A stretch of 64,000 bases of DNA, from NCBI GenBank assembly GCA_963749655.1, contig CAVVOB010000022.1:1-64000 (forward strand), given 5' to 3'. The notes beneath the pieces were generated by a model that saw only the letters and a list, made by a program, of their open reading frames with translations, ran no database searches and had not been told where the DNA came from. The position numbers and the translations under genes are program-made. Source of the stretch: Nitrospirota bacterium. GTDB taxonomy: Bacteria > Nitrospirota > UBA9217. Of this stretch, positions 45,020 through 54,902 are shown piece after piece (position 1 is the first letter of the stretch; each line of letters starts with the position of its first letter).

Positions 45020-45978
45020 ATGGAAAAGGTCTGGGTAGTACAGGATCCTGATGAGGAGCGCACGCAGGTTCGGAAGACGAAGCTCCTCAAGAATGAAGAG
45101 CCCAAACCCGAAAAGAGTCCCGCTGTTGCCTACTCGCTTTCGATGGTCTGCTGGGGTGCAGGGCAGCTGTTCAATCGTCGGCAAACCAAGGGCGCGGCGT
45201 TCATGGTTCTGATGTTCCTCGCGGGGTCCGGAGCGTATCTTGTACACTTTTACCTGCAGGACCTGATTTCGTTTGCAGCCGGCCGTGGAATATCCGGGGC
45301 AAGCCTGTTCCTGTTCGCGGAAGCTACGTTCATGGGCATTCTGCTTTTTGGGGCCTATAATGCCGGCGATGCATATCACTGCACCAGAAGGGGACGGACA
45401 AATCCTTTCCCCGGGGTATCGAGCCGCGTGTATCCCGTTCTCTGTTCTCTGCTCGTCCCGGGATGGGGGCAGTTTATGAACGGCCAAGCAGTCAAGGGAA
45501 GCATCTTCACGGGATTTTCGGTCATCAGTTTCTTTTCGCTGGCAACGCTTCCCGCGGTCTTTCTGGCCTGGCCGGTCCTTGAGCCTTCCGGCGCCCGGTT
45601 CATCGTGGAAGCGCTTTTTACAGGGTCGGTTCTGTTTGCCCCCCTTATTCCGCTTATCTGGTTATTCGGCGCCTATGATGCGCTTCAGGTAAGCCTCGAC
45701 GACTACAGAAAGGAACCGCTCTGGGAACGGATCAAGGCGGCCAACAACCGCCGGCGTGTGCAGGGGTGGGTGCGCGGAGTTTTCCCGCAGATAAAAGCGA
45801 CCGTTGCGCTCGGCTTGTTCCTGCTGCTGTTCGCCATCATTGCGTATCGATATTTTCCGGCTGGCTATTACGACGACGTATTCCTTTCGGTCCAGTCGCT
45901 TCTGAAGAAACGGGAATGACCTTGGTGCCGGAGCTCATCGACAGGCTGCACGTCTTGATGACGACAGTGGGGAAGTGA
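45020..45978 (+). CDS. Hypothetical polytopic membrane protein with duplicated S..(P/W)G.GQ module; end 45919 or 45978
   Basis: SLSMVCWGAGQLFN..KG and SLLVPGWGQFMNG..KG, each followed by TM segments and a Y.A/DA motif. Confidence 0.7.
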
Positions 45979-46107
45979 TGCAATTGCGGAATTCCTGCGC
46001 ACTCCGTGCATCCGCACTCGTAAACGCTGGGGACAGGTCGGAATGCGGAATTAAAAGCAGTCCACCGCGAAGGTGCACAAAGGACGTACGCCGCTTCATT
46101 AAACGAT

Positions 46108-47001
46108 ATGAAGACTTATACGCAAATATCCGGTGAGATCGGCGAGTTTTCAGACCTGCCGTTCTGGAAAAAGGCCGATGCAATCGATCTTGCCTATGTT
46201 GCCTACGGCCTGCTGATAGCGACGCTCGTGGTGGTGTCCTACATCCTCGGGTCCTTCCACCTGTTGAGCCATGATCCCCAGGATATCGACCTCGAGCTCA
46301 TGCTGGCCCCTCCGGGGACGGCGGGGCACCTTCTCGGCACGGACTATATGGGAAGGGACATGCTCTCGCGCCTCATCATGGGCATCCAGGCATATTTTCT
46401 GCCGGGGCTCCTCGCCATCACCATTTCGCTTCTCGTGGGGACGGTGCTCGGTGTGCTGGCCGGATACCGGGGAGGCGCCTACGACAGGATTATCACCTAC
46501 TTTAATAATCTGGTGGACTCCTTTCCCCGCCTCGTCCTGATCCTGCTGGTGGTTGCGGCATTCAAGCCCGACATCTATTACATCATGCTCGTCGTGGGCG
46601 TCACGAACGTGCCTGTCGTGGCGTCGCTCATCAGGGGCAAGATCCTGTTCCTCAAGCAGAAGAACTTCATCGAGGCTGATATCGCGCTGGGAGTGCCCAC
46701 CGGTACGATCATCCTGAAGCACATCCTGTGGCACAATTGCCGCTCCCTTCTCATCATCCAGGCGACCCTCGGCATGGCGGAGGCGATCCTGATGGAAACC
46801 TCGCTCAGCTATCTCGGGTTCGGCGTGCAGGAGCCGGCGCCTTCGTGGGGCAACATGGTCCAGTCCGGGTCCAATTACTTCATGCGGGGCACCTTCTGGC
46901 CTTCCACGGCGCCTGCGCTTGCGATCCTCTTCACCATCCTCGGGTTTCACCTGCTCGGCGACGGACTGAACAACATTCTCGAAGGCAAGAGGAGCACATG
47001 A
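46108..47001 (+). CDS. Peptide ABC permease (OppC/DppC-like)
   Basis: HLLGTDYMGRDMLSR, FIEADIALG, LSYLGFG, PSWG and LLGDGL. Confidence 0.93.
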   Translation: MKTYTQISGEIGEFSDLPFWKKADAIDLAYVAYGLLIATLVVVSYILGSFHLLSHDPQDIDLELMLAPPGTAGHLLGTDYMGRDMLSRLIMGIQAYFLPGLLAITISLLVGTVLGVLAGYRGGAYDRIITYFNNLVDSFPRLVLILLVVAAFKPDIYYIMLVVGVTNVPVVASLIRGKILFLKQKNFIEADIALGVPTGTIILKHILWHNCRSLLIIQATLGMAEAILMETSLSYLGFGVQEPAPSWGNMVQSGSNYFMRGTFWPSTAPALAILFTILGFHLLGDGLNNILEGKRST

Positions 47002-48098
47002 CCGCGGCGCCGCTTCTGAAGATCGAGAACCTCCGCACCTACTTCCATTCGCGCAGCAAGCGGGCCTTTATCCGCTCCGTGGACGGCGTGAGCCTCGATG
47101 TGGCCCGCGGCGAAACCCTCGGCATCGTGGGCGAGAGCGGAAGCGGCAAGAGCATCACGGCGCTGTCGACAGTCGGCCTCGTGAGCGCCGGACCGGGCGT
47201 CATCAGCGGAAGGATCGAGTTCACGCTGGGCGATGCCACCCGCGATCTGCTTCAGGGCCTGGAAGATTACGTCACGCTCACGAAGAACGACGGAAGGATC
47301 ATGACGGTGCGCAAGGATGTTGCCGGCTGGATGCGGAACACCGAGCGGATTATGGACGGCGTGCGCGGCAGGCAGATCGCCATGATCTTCCAAAACCCCA
47401 AGTCATCGCTCAATCCCTTCACCACCGTGGGCAAACAGATAACGGAAGCGGTCAGGCTCCACACGTCCGTCCGCAGCGAGGCAGAAGCGCGGGAACGTGC
47501 CATTGCCTGGCTCGACCGGGTCAAGATCGACTCACCGCGTCTCCGGTACAACAACCATCCCTACGGACTGTCGGGCGGCATGTGCCAGCGCGCCATGATC
47601 GCCATGGCGCTGGCCTGCGAGCCCGCGCTGCTCATTGCCGACGAACCCACGACAGGTCTTGACGCCACGATCCAGACGAAGATCGTCGATCTCCTTGCCG
47701 AGCTCAAGTCCGAGCTCGGCACCACGACCATGCTGATCAGCCATGATATCGGCATCATCTCGCGCCTCGCCGACCGTGTTGCCGTCATGTACGGCGGGAC
47801 GGTCGTGGAGTACGGCAGCGCCCCGGACATCCTGTCTCCCGGTGAGGGCACGAAGCATCCCTATACGGCCGCGCTCATGGCGTCGGTCCCGAGCAGGCGG
47901 AACGTGCGGGAGAAGGGCTATCTTCAGGCCATTGAGGGCGATGTGCTCGACACCATCAACATCCCGGCGGGGTGCAGGTTCTACGGCCGGTGCAGCCGCG
48001 TGACCGATGCCATCCGGGAAAAATGTGAACACTGCGAGCCGGACCTGAGGGAAATTGCGGCGGGTCATAAGGTACGGTGCTGGCTGTATTTTGATTAA
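46998..48098 (+). CDS. Peptide ABC ATP-binding protein (OppD/DppD-like)
   Basis: GESGSGKS, MIFQNP, LSGGMCQR, IADEPTT, HPYT and GCRFYGRC; ATGA overlap with the previous gene. Confidence 0.95.
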   Translation: MTAAPLLKIENLRTYFHSRSKRAFIRSVDGVSLDVARGETLGIVGESGSGKSITALSTVGLVSAGPGVISGRIEFTLGDATRDLLQGLEDYVTLTKNDGRIMTVRKDVAGWMRNTERIMDGVRGRQIAMIFQNPKSSLNPFTTVGKQITEAVRLHTSVRSEAEARERAIAWLDRVKIDSPRLRYNNHPYGLSGGMCQRAMIAMALACEPALLIADEPTTGLDATIQTKIVDLLAELKSELGTTTMLISHDIGIISRLADRVAVMYGGTVVEYGSAPDILSPGEGTKHPYTAALMASVPSRRNVREKGYLQAIEGDVLDTINIPAGCRFYGRCSRVTDAIREKCEHCEPDLREIAAGHKVRCWLYFD

Positions 48099-48128
48099 TT
48101 TGAAAAGAAATGTTAACGTAAGGTTGTT

Positions 48129-49142
48129 ATGCCCAAGACGATCCTCGAAGTCATAGATCTCAAGAAGCATTTCGCCCCCCCCAGAGGGATTTTTTCTTCC
48201 TTCCGTACGGGACGGGCCGTGCCCGCGGTGGACGGAGTGAGCTTCTATCTCAAAGAGCATGAGACCGTCGGCCTCGTCGGCGAATCGGGATGCGGGAAGA
48301 CCACCATCGGCAGGACCATCCTGCGGCTCGAAAAACCCACGTCAGGAAGCATCATTTTCGACGGCAGGGACATTACAACGGTCCCGACAGCGGAGCTGCG
48401 CCAGCTCCGCGGCCAGATGCAGATGATCTTCCAGGACCTGGACGCGGCGCTCAATCCGAAGATGCGCATCCGGGACATCCTGAAGGAAGCCATTACGGTA
48501 CACCATCAGGTAAGCGGCGAAGAGGCGGACAAACGCATCGGCGACCTGCTTGAACAGGTGAACCTGAAAAAGAGCAAGCTTCAGAATTTTCCCCATGAGC
48601 TGTCAGGCGGCGAGAAACGCAGGGTCGGCGTGGCGCGCGTTCTGTCCGTCGGCGCCCGGTTCATCGTGGCCGACGAGCCCACGAGCGCGCTCGACGTGTC
48701 CATCCAGGCGCAGGTCGTGAACCTGCTGCGGGATCTCCAGGAGAAGCTCGGCCTTTCCTATCTGTTCATTTCCCATGATCTGCGGGTCGTGGAACTGGTC
48801 AGCCACAAAGTGGCGGTCATGTATCTGGGCAAGATCGTGGAAATGGGTCTTGCCGACAGGATCGCCCATGCCGCCCTTCACCCGTACACCCATATCCTCT
48901 GGTCGTCGCTCGTGGAGAAGCGGAGCATGGAGCTGGCCCGCACGGCGAAAAGCGTCCACGCGGGAAGTTGGGGCGTGTTCGACTTCGAACGTCCGCCCGT
49001 AGGATGCCGCTTCGCCCCGCGCTGTCCTGTATATGAATCCAAGAACAGGCCCGCAATCTGCACTGATCCCCAATCCGAACCACAGCTGACGGATGTCGGA
49101 AACGGCCACCGGGTGGCTTGCCATTTTCCGATCGGCTCCTGA
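48129..49142 (+). CDS. Peptide ABC ATP-binding protein (OppF/DppF-like)
   Basis: GESGCGKT, LSGGEKRR, ADEPTSALDVS, HPYT, GCRFAPRC and VACH. Confidence 0.95.
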   Translation: MPKTILEVIDLKKHFAPPRGIFSSFRTGRAVPAVDGVSFYLKEHETVGLVGESGCGKTTIGRTILRLEKPTSGSIIFDGRDITTVPTAELRQLRGQMQMIFQDLDAALNPKMRIRDILKEAITVHHQVSGEEADKRIGDLLEQVNLKKSKLQNFPHELSGGEKRRVGVARVLSVGARFIVADEPTSALDVSIQAQVVNLLRDLQEKLGLSYLFISHDLRVVELVSHKVAVMYLGKIVEMGLADRIAHAALHPYTHILWSSLVEKRSMELARTAKSVHAGSWGVFDFERPPVGCRFAPRCPVYESKNRPAICTDPQSEPQLTDVGNGHRVACHFPIGS

Positions 49143-49299
49143 TCCTCTTCCCGCAATTCCGCCTTTCCTGTGATGAGCCCGGATCATCGTTGCTCCAACC
49201 GAAGTACTCCGCTAGTTGCATACCTTCTTGACAATCAACATTGTTGTGCTAGGCTTAGGACAAGATGTGGAAGATTTAAAAAGAAAAGAGGCGATCACA

Positions 49300-49629
49300 A
49301 TGAAAAAAATTCTTTACATAGTTATGGCAATGGCCTTTGCCCTTCCTGTGGGACTGGCCTTGGCTGATGAAAATATGCCGAAGGGCCCCGAAAAAGGCCT
49401 GTACACACCGAACGGCATCACCTATATGGACAGAGAAGGAGCCGCCTGCTCCCATGCAAGCGATATGAGCGTGGAAGGTTCGGCTGCAGGCGGGCTAAGC
49501 TCGGGCGCAGTTGTCGAGGTGGGCAACGGAATCACTGCTTTTGAACTGGGCAAGGCCGTATGCGCCAGCGGACCGGCAGAACGAGAATCGGGCAAGAAAA
49601 TCGAGAACGGCATTACTTATTTTGACTGA
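49300..49629 (+). CDS. Small secreted hypothetical protein with three NGIT repeats
   Basis: Signal peptide MKKILY..ALA; NGITY, NGITAF, NGITYF; EGSAAGG. Confidence 0.7.
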   Translation: MKKILYIVMAMAFALPVGLALADENMPKGPEKGLYTPNGITYMDREGAACSHASDMSVEGSAAGGLSSGAVVEVGNGITAFELGKAVCASGPAERESGKKIENGITYFD

Positions 49630-49747
49630 GGGCTGATCCGGGCGGGACCTTTTGCACATGCGGGCGACGCCATCGATACCAAGCAGGCTGAAATCAGCCT
49701 GCTTGTTTTTTGTTTTAAGGAGTGACGGCGGAGCAAAATGCGTGCTC

Positions 49748-50383
49748 CTATTGGAAGTACGCGCCTTGCTTGATGCCATGACAGGTATCGGCATCATATT
49801 GTTTTTCAGCTGTGCTCAGTTGCTGCATGCGTTGACTGCAGAGTGCCAATACCCGCCGGTCGATCTCGGCGCAGCTGGAGGCAGGGGGGAGTTCGGCCAC
49901 AGCGCGGCTCAGCTCCGTAACTGCCTGAACCGCCCTGTCGCGATGGCCGTTTTCGTGGGTGCTGAGGTTTTTCATGTAGGCATTCCATTTATCTGAGAGC
50001 TGGCGGGGCGCGCCGGCCGTCTGCACCCATTTGGGGTAGCGGAATACGATATCAATGGTTGCTCTGAAAGAATCAGCCGTACACGACCTCGGAGCCCGTC
50101 CATAATTATAATCCCACGTGACATACCACTTTGTCAGGGAATCATACTGCCGCCCGTCGCTTAACGTGGGGCCTTTCAGGCGCATCTCGCTCACAAGGTC
50201 CTTTTCGCAGTTGCCTCTTACTTCGTAATACTCGGTTTTTTCCGTTATCCGGGGCGGAAGGTGTCCGTTCCTGCCCGCCATGCCGTTCGCAGGGTCGATG
50301 TTTGCAATTTCCATCCCTCTTTCTGCGGCTGATGCGGACACGACAGCAGTAAGCACGATGGTGATGATAAATCCCCGTGTCAT
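49748..50383 (-). CDS. DUF922-like secreted Zn-dependent protease
   Basis: Signal peptide; YYEVRG, T.W, YPKW, HENGH (HExxH) and YDADTCHG..QGA. Confidence 0.85.
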   Translation of the reverse strand: MTRGFIITIVLTAVVSASAAERGMEIANIDPANGMAGRNGHLPPRITEKTEYYEVRGNCEKDLVSEMRLKGPTLSDGRQYDSLTKWYVTWDYNYGRAPRSCTADSFRATIDIVFRYPKWVQTAGAPRQLSDKWNAYMKNLSTHENGHRDRAVQAVTELSRAVAELPPASSCAEIDRRVLALCSQRMQQLSTAEKQYDADTCHGIKQGAYFQ

Positions 50384-50739
50384 CGCGGTACTCTTCTGAG
50401 AAAGGTTGGCGCCGGAAGCCCCTGTAATGAAACCGCCTGCAAAAAATAGTGAAAACTTCGGCCTCCGTCGGAAGCTGCCGGATCAAGTTCCCCGGCTCCC
50501 TGTTGTATCGTCAGAGTTCTTCCCGGCCATATGAGATATAGTTTACTTCGAGTCTCGGCTGAATTCAAGGTAGGGAGAACAGTAATGAAGAAGGCACGCA
50601 GCACCCGTGAACGGCAGACAAAAAGCATCCTCTGTGCTATAGTTTATGAACGCTCCATATTTTTCTTCAATACCGTCCGTGGGCCAGGTGCGGCCAAGGC
50701 CGTATATAAACGGCCCCGCGGAACTTGTCTGAGGTGTAC

Positions 50740-51805
50740 GTGAAAGACGACAGGAGCACTGCGTCGGGCATCGGGGAATCAATCCTGCGGGAGCAGGTGC
50801 GCCTTGCCGTCGACCAGCTGCCGACGATGCAGATTGCCTCCTTTCTCGTGGCGGTTGTTCTGTCCTTTGTTGTTCGCGAGTTCGTTCCGGACGAGAACAT
50901 TGCCATATGGCTTTCCCTGGTTGCGCTTGTCGCTGTCAGCAGGATCATATTTTATTACCGGTTTGTCGGAGTGAGCAAGGGGCCTTTCGACGGCAGGTTA
51001 TGGAGAAAGGCATACCTCCTCCTGGCGCTGGCTTCGGGCGTCATCTGGGGTCTTTCGGCTTTTCTCATTTTTCCCGTTCAGAATATTGCTTTCATCTCTT
51101 TGTTCGTCCTCGTCATTGCCAGTTTGTCGGCAGCCACAACCATATCCCATTCGTCACTGCGGCTCGGTCCCGCAGCATGGGCTTTCCCGGCCATGCTGCT
51201 CTATGCCACGCGCTGTTTCATCGAACGCGGAGCGGCGGAATATACCATAGGGCTGCTTATCGTGCTGTATCTCATCGCGACCGTGATCCATTCATTCAAG
51301 CACAACAAGCTCATTACCTCCGCTATCTCCCTGAAGTTCGAGAACATTGAACGAGAGTCTGGACCGCGAGTGGCGTCGAGCGGCGCGAGAGGGCAAGTCG
51401 ATTTCCCTGGTCATGGTGGACATCGATCATTTCAAGGCATTCAATGATACCTACGGCCATCAGGCAGGAGACGAATGTCTCAAAAAGGTGGCTCTTGAAA
51501 TAGCCCGCTCCGCCAAACGTCCGGCCGATCTGGCTGCCAGGTACGGCGGCGAGGAGTTCATAATACTGCTCCCCGACACCGATATCCAAGGCGCGACCGA
51601 GATCGCGGAAAAGCTGCGCATTGCGATCGAAGTCCTCGGCACGCCCCATGCTCATTCCTCCGCCGCAAGTGTCGTGACCGTCAGCGTGGGAGCAACCGCT
51701 CTCGTCCCCGAGCAGGGAACGGAACCGACCCGGCTCGTCAGGCTGGTGGATAAGGGGTTATATGCCGCCAAACATGACGGACGCAACCGAGTGAGAGCGC
51801 TCTGA
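50740..51805 (+). pseudogene. Membrane sensor + GGDEF diguanylate cyclase with out-of-frame junction near 51347
   Basis: About six TM segments ending LKFEN, then in another frame DIDHFKAFNDTYGH and RPAD..RYGGEEF; the DxLT segment is absent. Confidence 0.75.
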
Positions 51806-51950
51806 GACCGGCCGATCGGGTCGAACCCTGGCCTTCAACCGAGGCAGTCCATCCGAAGCCGCACACAGACCGGTCTCTCGTTGTTCCGCTGACCTCTTAC
51901 TTCTCCCGGGTATGGACCGGAGTCCACTGCTTTCGGCATTCACGCGCTTA

Positions 51951-52295
51951 CTATTTCCACGAATCCGGCTCTTTTGCCGGGGCACGGGCACCCGATCCTT
52001 CCTCGCCTGATCCCGCTGATCCTTTGTCAACCGGCTGTCTATTCTGGTCGCTGTCGCTCTTCAGCGTGTCTGGTTCTTTGCTTGCGCCGCCGGCAGCGGA
52101 GCCTTCGCTTCCTGATCCTGCAGGCATCTGGTTGACCGTCGCCCGGTCCTGATCCATCTCGCTGTGAGAGATATCGTCATTGGTGATCATCTTGTCGTCC
52201 GGGTAGTCCGTTCCGGCATGGCTGACTTTTGCATATGCCAGGCCCAAGGCGGCTATCAAAGAAATCCCTGCCGCCACTGTAAGGAGCTTTTTCAT
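51951..52295 (-). CDS. Small secreted low-complexity hypothetical protein
   Basis: Signal peptide MKKLL..AYA; EGSAAGG; internal repeat GS(G)..EGS..KEPD. Confidence 0.7.
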   Translation of the reverse strand: MKKLLTVAAGISLIAALGLAYAKVSHAGTDYPDDKMITNDDISHSEMDQDRATVNQMPAGSGSEGSAAGGASKEPDTLKSDSDQNRQPVDKGSAGSGEEGSGARAPAKEPDSWK

Positions 52296-52466
52296 TCTGA
52301 TCGCCTCTTTTCTTCGTCAAAATTTATTTGTTATATAGTCACTATATCGCCGCTGGTTTCTTTGTCAAGGAACGTGCGCAATTCGTGCGGCACCGTCATA
52401 CTAGGTTATTACACGGAAGGAGTGCCCTGGAGGAAGTAAGAATATTGACGTATATTCCAGATCGTA

Positions 52467-52922
52467 CTAGAACATTCCGTTCGCATTGGCCGGTTTCTCG
52501 ACGATGTCCTCGTGCACGTCCCAATGCTCCACGATCTTTCCGCCCTGAAGCCGGAAGATGTCAACGACGGCAATACCGCGCGTCCCGGGCACCCGGACGG
52601 CATGAACGTGGAGTATCACGTAGTCGCCGTCGGCAAAGACCTTCTTGATCTCACTGCGTGAATCAGGGAACTTTTCGCGCAGGAAAGCCAGAAATTTCCG
52701 AATGCCCTCGATTCCGTCAGCAGCCATCTGATTGTGCTGTATGTAGCGCGGCCCCAGATACTTCGCTGCGGCCGCGAAGTCCTTCTGATTGATTGCTTTT
52801 TCGTAAAACTCGAGGACGATCTTTTTGTTTTGCTCCTGCATTGATTCCGATGCCTTTACTACGCCGTCTCCCGCAAAGGTTACAACGCCAAGAGCTAATG
52901 CAATGATGGATAATTGTGACAT
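52467..52922 (-). CDS. SnoaL-like (NTF2 fold) protein
   Basis: NKKIVLEFY, YIQHN, ADGDYV, VDIFRL..GKIVEHWD; GAGGAG RBS. Confidence 0.9.
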   Translation of the reverse strand: MSQLSIIALALGVVTFAGDGVVKASESMQEQNKKIVLEFYEKAINQKDFAAAAKYLGPRYIQHNQMAADGIEGIRKFLAFLREKFPDSRSEIKKVFADGDYVILHVHAVRVPGTRGIAVVDIFRLQGGKIVEHWDVHEDIVEKPANANGMF

Positions 52923-53280
52923 GGTGTCTACGCTCCTCAACAGTCTGCTGTTCGTACGTGTTCATAATTCATACATAGCGCCGGGCTGTCACGCTGTCAA
53001 GACACGCCTGATTTGAATAGGGCTTCAGGGTAAACCCGGTTTCGTCAGGATAGGCATGTTTAGTGCTATTAAAGTCGTAGTGCCGGCCCCGGCCATGACC
53101 TCAAGCTTCACTTCCTCTGTCGGCACGACGGGCAAACCCGCTTACTTGACACCGTTAGGATGCGGTGATACCGTTTAAGAAAAGAAACCATCCCGAGAAC
53201 GCTGAACCTGCAGCAAGACAGGGAAACGATGGGTCTTCGATCAGGGCATCAGGCATGCCGTAGTGGCCAGGAGAAATGGT

Positions 53281-54243
53281 ATGAACAGCACACAACATGA
53301 TTTAATGCATCCGTCCGCTTTTCCTTTCCCGAGCCGTTTTGTGAATGTCGAGGGGTACAACATTCACTACGTGGAGCAAGGGGCGGGCTCACCGGTCATC
53401 TTTGTCCACGGAAATCCCACGTCATCCTATATCTGGCGGAACATCCTGCCCAAGGTCGCAGAGGACGGGAGGACACGGGGCATCGCTCTGGATCTGCTGG
53501 GATTCGGCAAGTCAGACAAACCGGATGATTTGCATTATTCCCTGCGATTCCATGCCGATGTCCTCGAGGGGTTCATTGAAAAACTCGGCTTGCGGGACAT
53601 CGTGCTCGTTCTGCACGACTGGGGAGGGCCGATCGGCATGTGGTATGCCGTTCATCATCCCGGCAATATCCGCGGCATTGCTCTCATGGAGACCTTTTTG
53701 TGGGAGCTCTCGTGGAAAGACTTCGGACCGGCCAAATTCCTGTTCAAGCTTTTTCGATCCCCCTTCGGGTTCTTCGCAATCCAGGTGCTGAACATGTTCG
53801 TAAACCGCGTGCTTCCCGCAGCGGTCCTGAAGAAGGAAAACATCACCGCCGATGTCCTTTATCGCTATCAGGAACCCTTCCCGACGATCCGTTCGCGCAG
53901 AGCGGTCCGGATATTTCCGCAGCTGCTGCCTATCGAGGGGGAACCGGCGGACAGCTGGCTCTTCATCAAAAGGCTGGAGGAGAAGATTTTCTCCATCACC
54001 TCGCCGGTCCTCTGGCTCAGGGCCGCACCGGGTGTGATCGTTTCGAAGCAGACGGAGTATCATCTCGAACAGCTGGGCCGCAGACTGCCCGGGCTGGAGG
54101 TTGAGGAGTTCGGTCCCGGCCTTCACTATCTCCAGGAAGACGATCCCGGCAGGATCGCCGATATGCTTTTGTCCTGGATGAGAAAACACAGAATGATCAG
54201 CGGCGCACGCCCGGTGGAGCAACAGTATCGACGCGTGGCATGA
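53281..54243 (+). CDS. Haloalkane dehalogenase-like alpha/beta hydrolase
   Basis: HGNPTSSYIWR, DLLGFGKSDKP, HDWGG, LMET and GLHYLQED. Confidence 0.88.
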   Translation: MNSTQHDLMHPSAFPFPSRFVNVEGYNIHYVEQGAGSPVIFVHGNPTSSYIWRNILPKVAEDGRTRGIALDLLGFGKSDKPDDLHYSLRFHADVLEGFIEKLGLRDIVLVLHDWGGPIGMWYAVHHPGNIRGIALMETFLWELSWKDFGPAKFLFKLFRSPFGFFAIQVLNMFVNRVLPAAVLKKENITADVLYRYQEPFPTIRSRRAVRIFPQLLPIEGEPADSWLFIKRLEEKIFSITSPVLWLRAAPGVIVSKQTEYHLEQLGRRLPGLEVEEFGPGLHYLQEDDPGRIADMLLSWMRKHRMISGARPVEQQYRRVA

Positions 54244-54707
54244 CGGGCTTGTCAGCGGAGATTCTCACAGGCCGGGAAGGATTTGTACCCGTGACAACGC
54301 CAGGCTGGCTCATACCTGCCCTCCTCGCCATGGTTTTGTGGGGGGTATGGGGGGTATTTCAGAAATTCGCCACGAACACGATGGCGCCGCAGAACGTCTA
54401 TTTCATCTCCGCTGTCGGGGCCTTTGCAGTGGTTCTGATGTTCCTGTCCACAGGGAGGTTCACGTTCCGCGCCGGCAATTTTGAAGGGGCGGTGTATGCT
54501 CTTATCGCGGGCATGTGCAGTTCCCTCGGCGGCATGCTCTTCCTCAGGTCGTTGAGCAGGGGGGAAGCCGCCATCGTGATCACGTTCACGGCACTCTATC
54601 CCGTTGTGACCATTATCCTCTCGTTCATTCTGCTCAGCGAAACGATCACCGTGAAGCAGGGCATCGGCATCGTGCTGGCCGTGCTCTCGATGGTTCTTCT
54701 GATCTGA
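54240..54707 (+). CDS. EamA/DMT family transporter (single domain)
   Basis: LWGVWGVFQK, LYPVVTIILS..LLSETIT..QGIGI; ATGA overlap with the previous gene. Confidence 0.88.
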   Translation: MTGLSAEILTGREGFVPVTTPGWLIPALLAMVLWGVWGVFQKFATNTMAPQNVYFISAVGAFAVVLMFLSTGRFTFRAGNFEGAVYALIAGMCSSLGGMLFLRSLSRGEAAIVITFTALYPVVTIILSFILLSETITVKQGIGIVLAVLSMVLLI

Positions 54708-54902
54708 AGCAGGCGGGACGCCTCCTAAAGCAGCAGTCCGCCTTTTGCCTGCCGCAGTATCGTCCCTTCCACTGTTACGTTTCTCCGCATTTTAGGTCGT
54801 TTTTGACAGCCGCATGACGCAGTGGTATGCTGATGTCCAGGATGAAACAAGTCCCGATGCAGAAAGAGGGGCTGAAGGGATAGGCCCTGAAGGAGGTACA
54901 CT

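Noticed and set aside
22448-48260. Long alternative-frame and antisense ORFs (e.g. 22448..23716, 23964..25412, 26843..28057, 40346..41542)
   Set aside because: Shadow ORFs of GC-rich coding regions with Arg/Pro-rich or motif-less translations.
12210-51805. Hypr (cGAMP-making) GGDEF partner for the riboswitch
   Set aside because: Both GGDEF domains retain Asp in GHxxGD; one lies across the suspected chimeric join and the other is disrupted.
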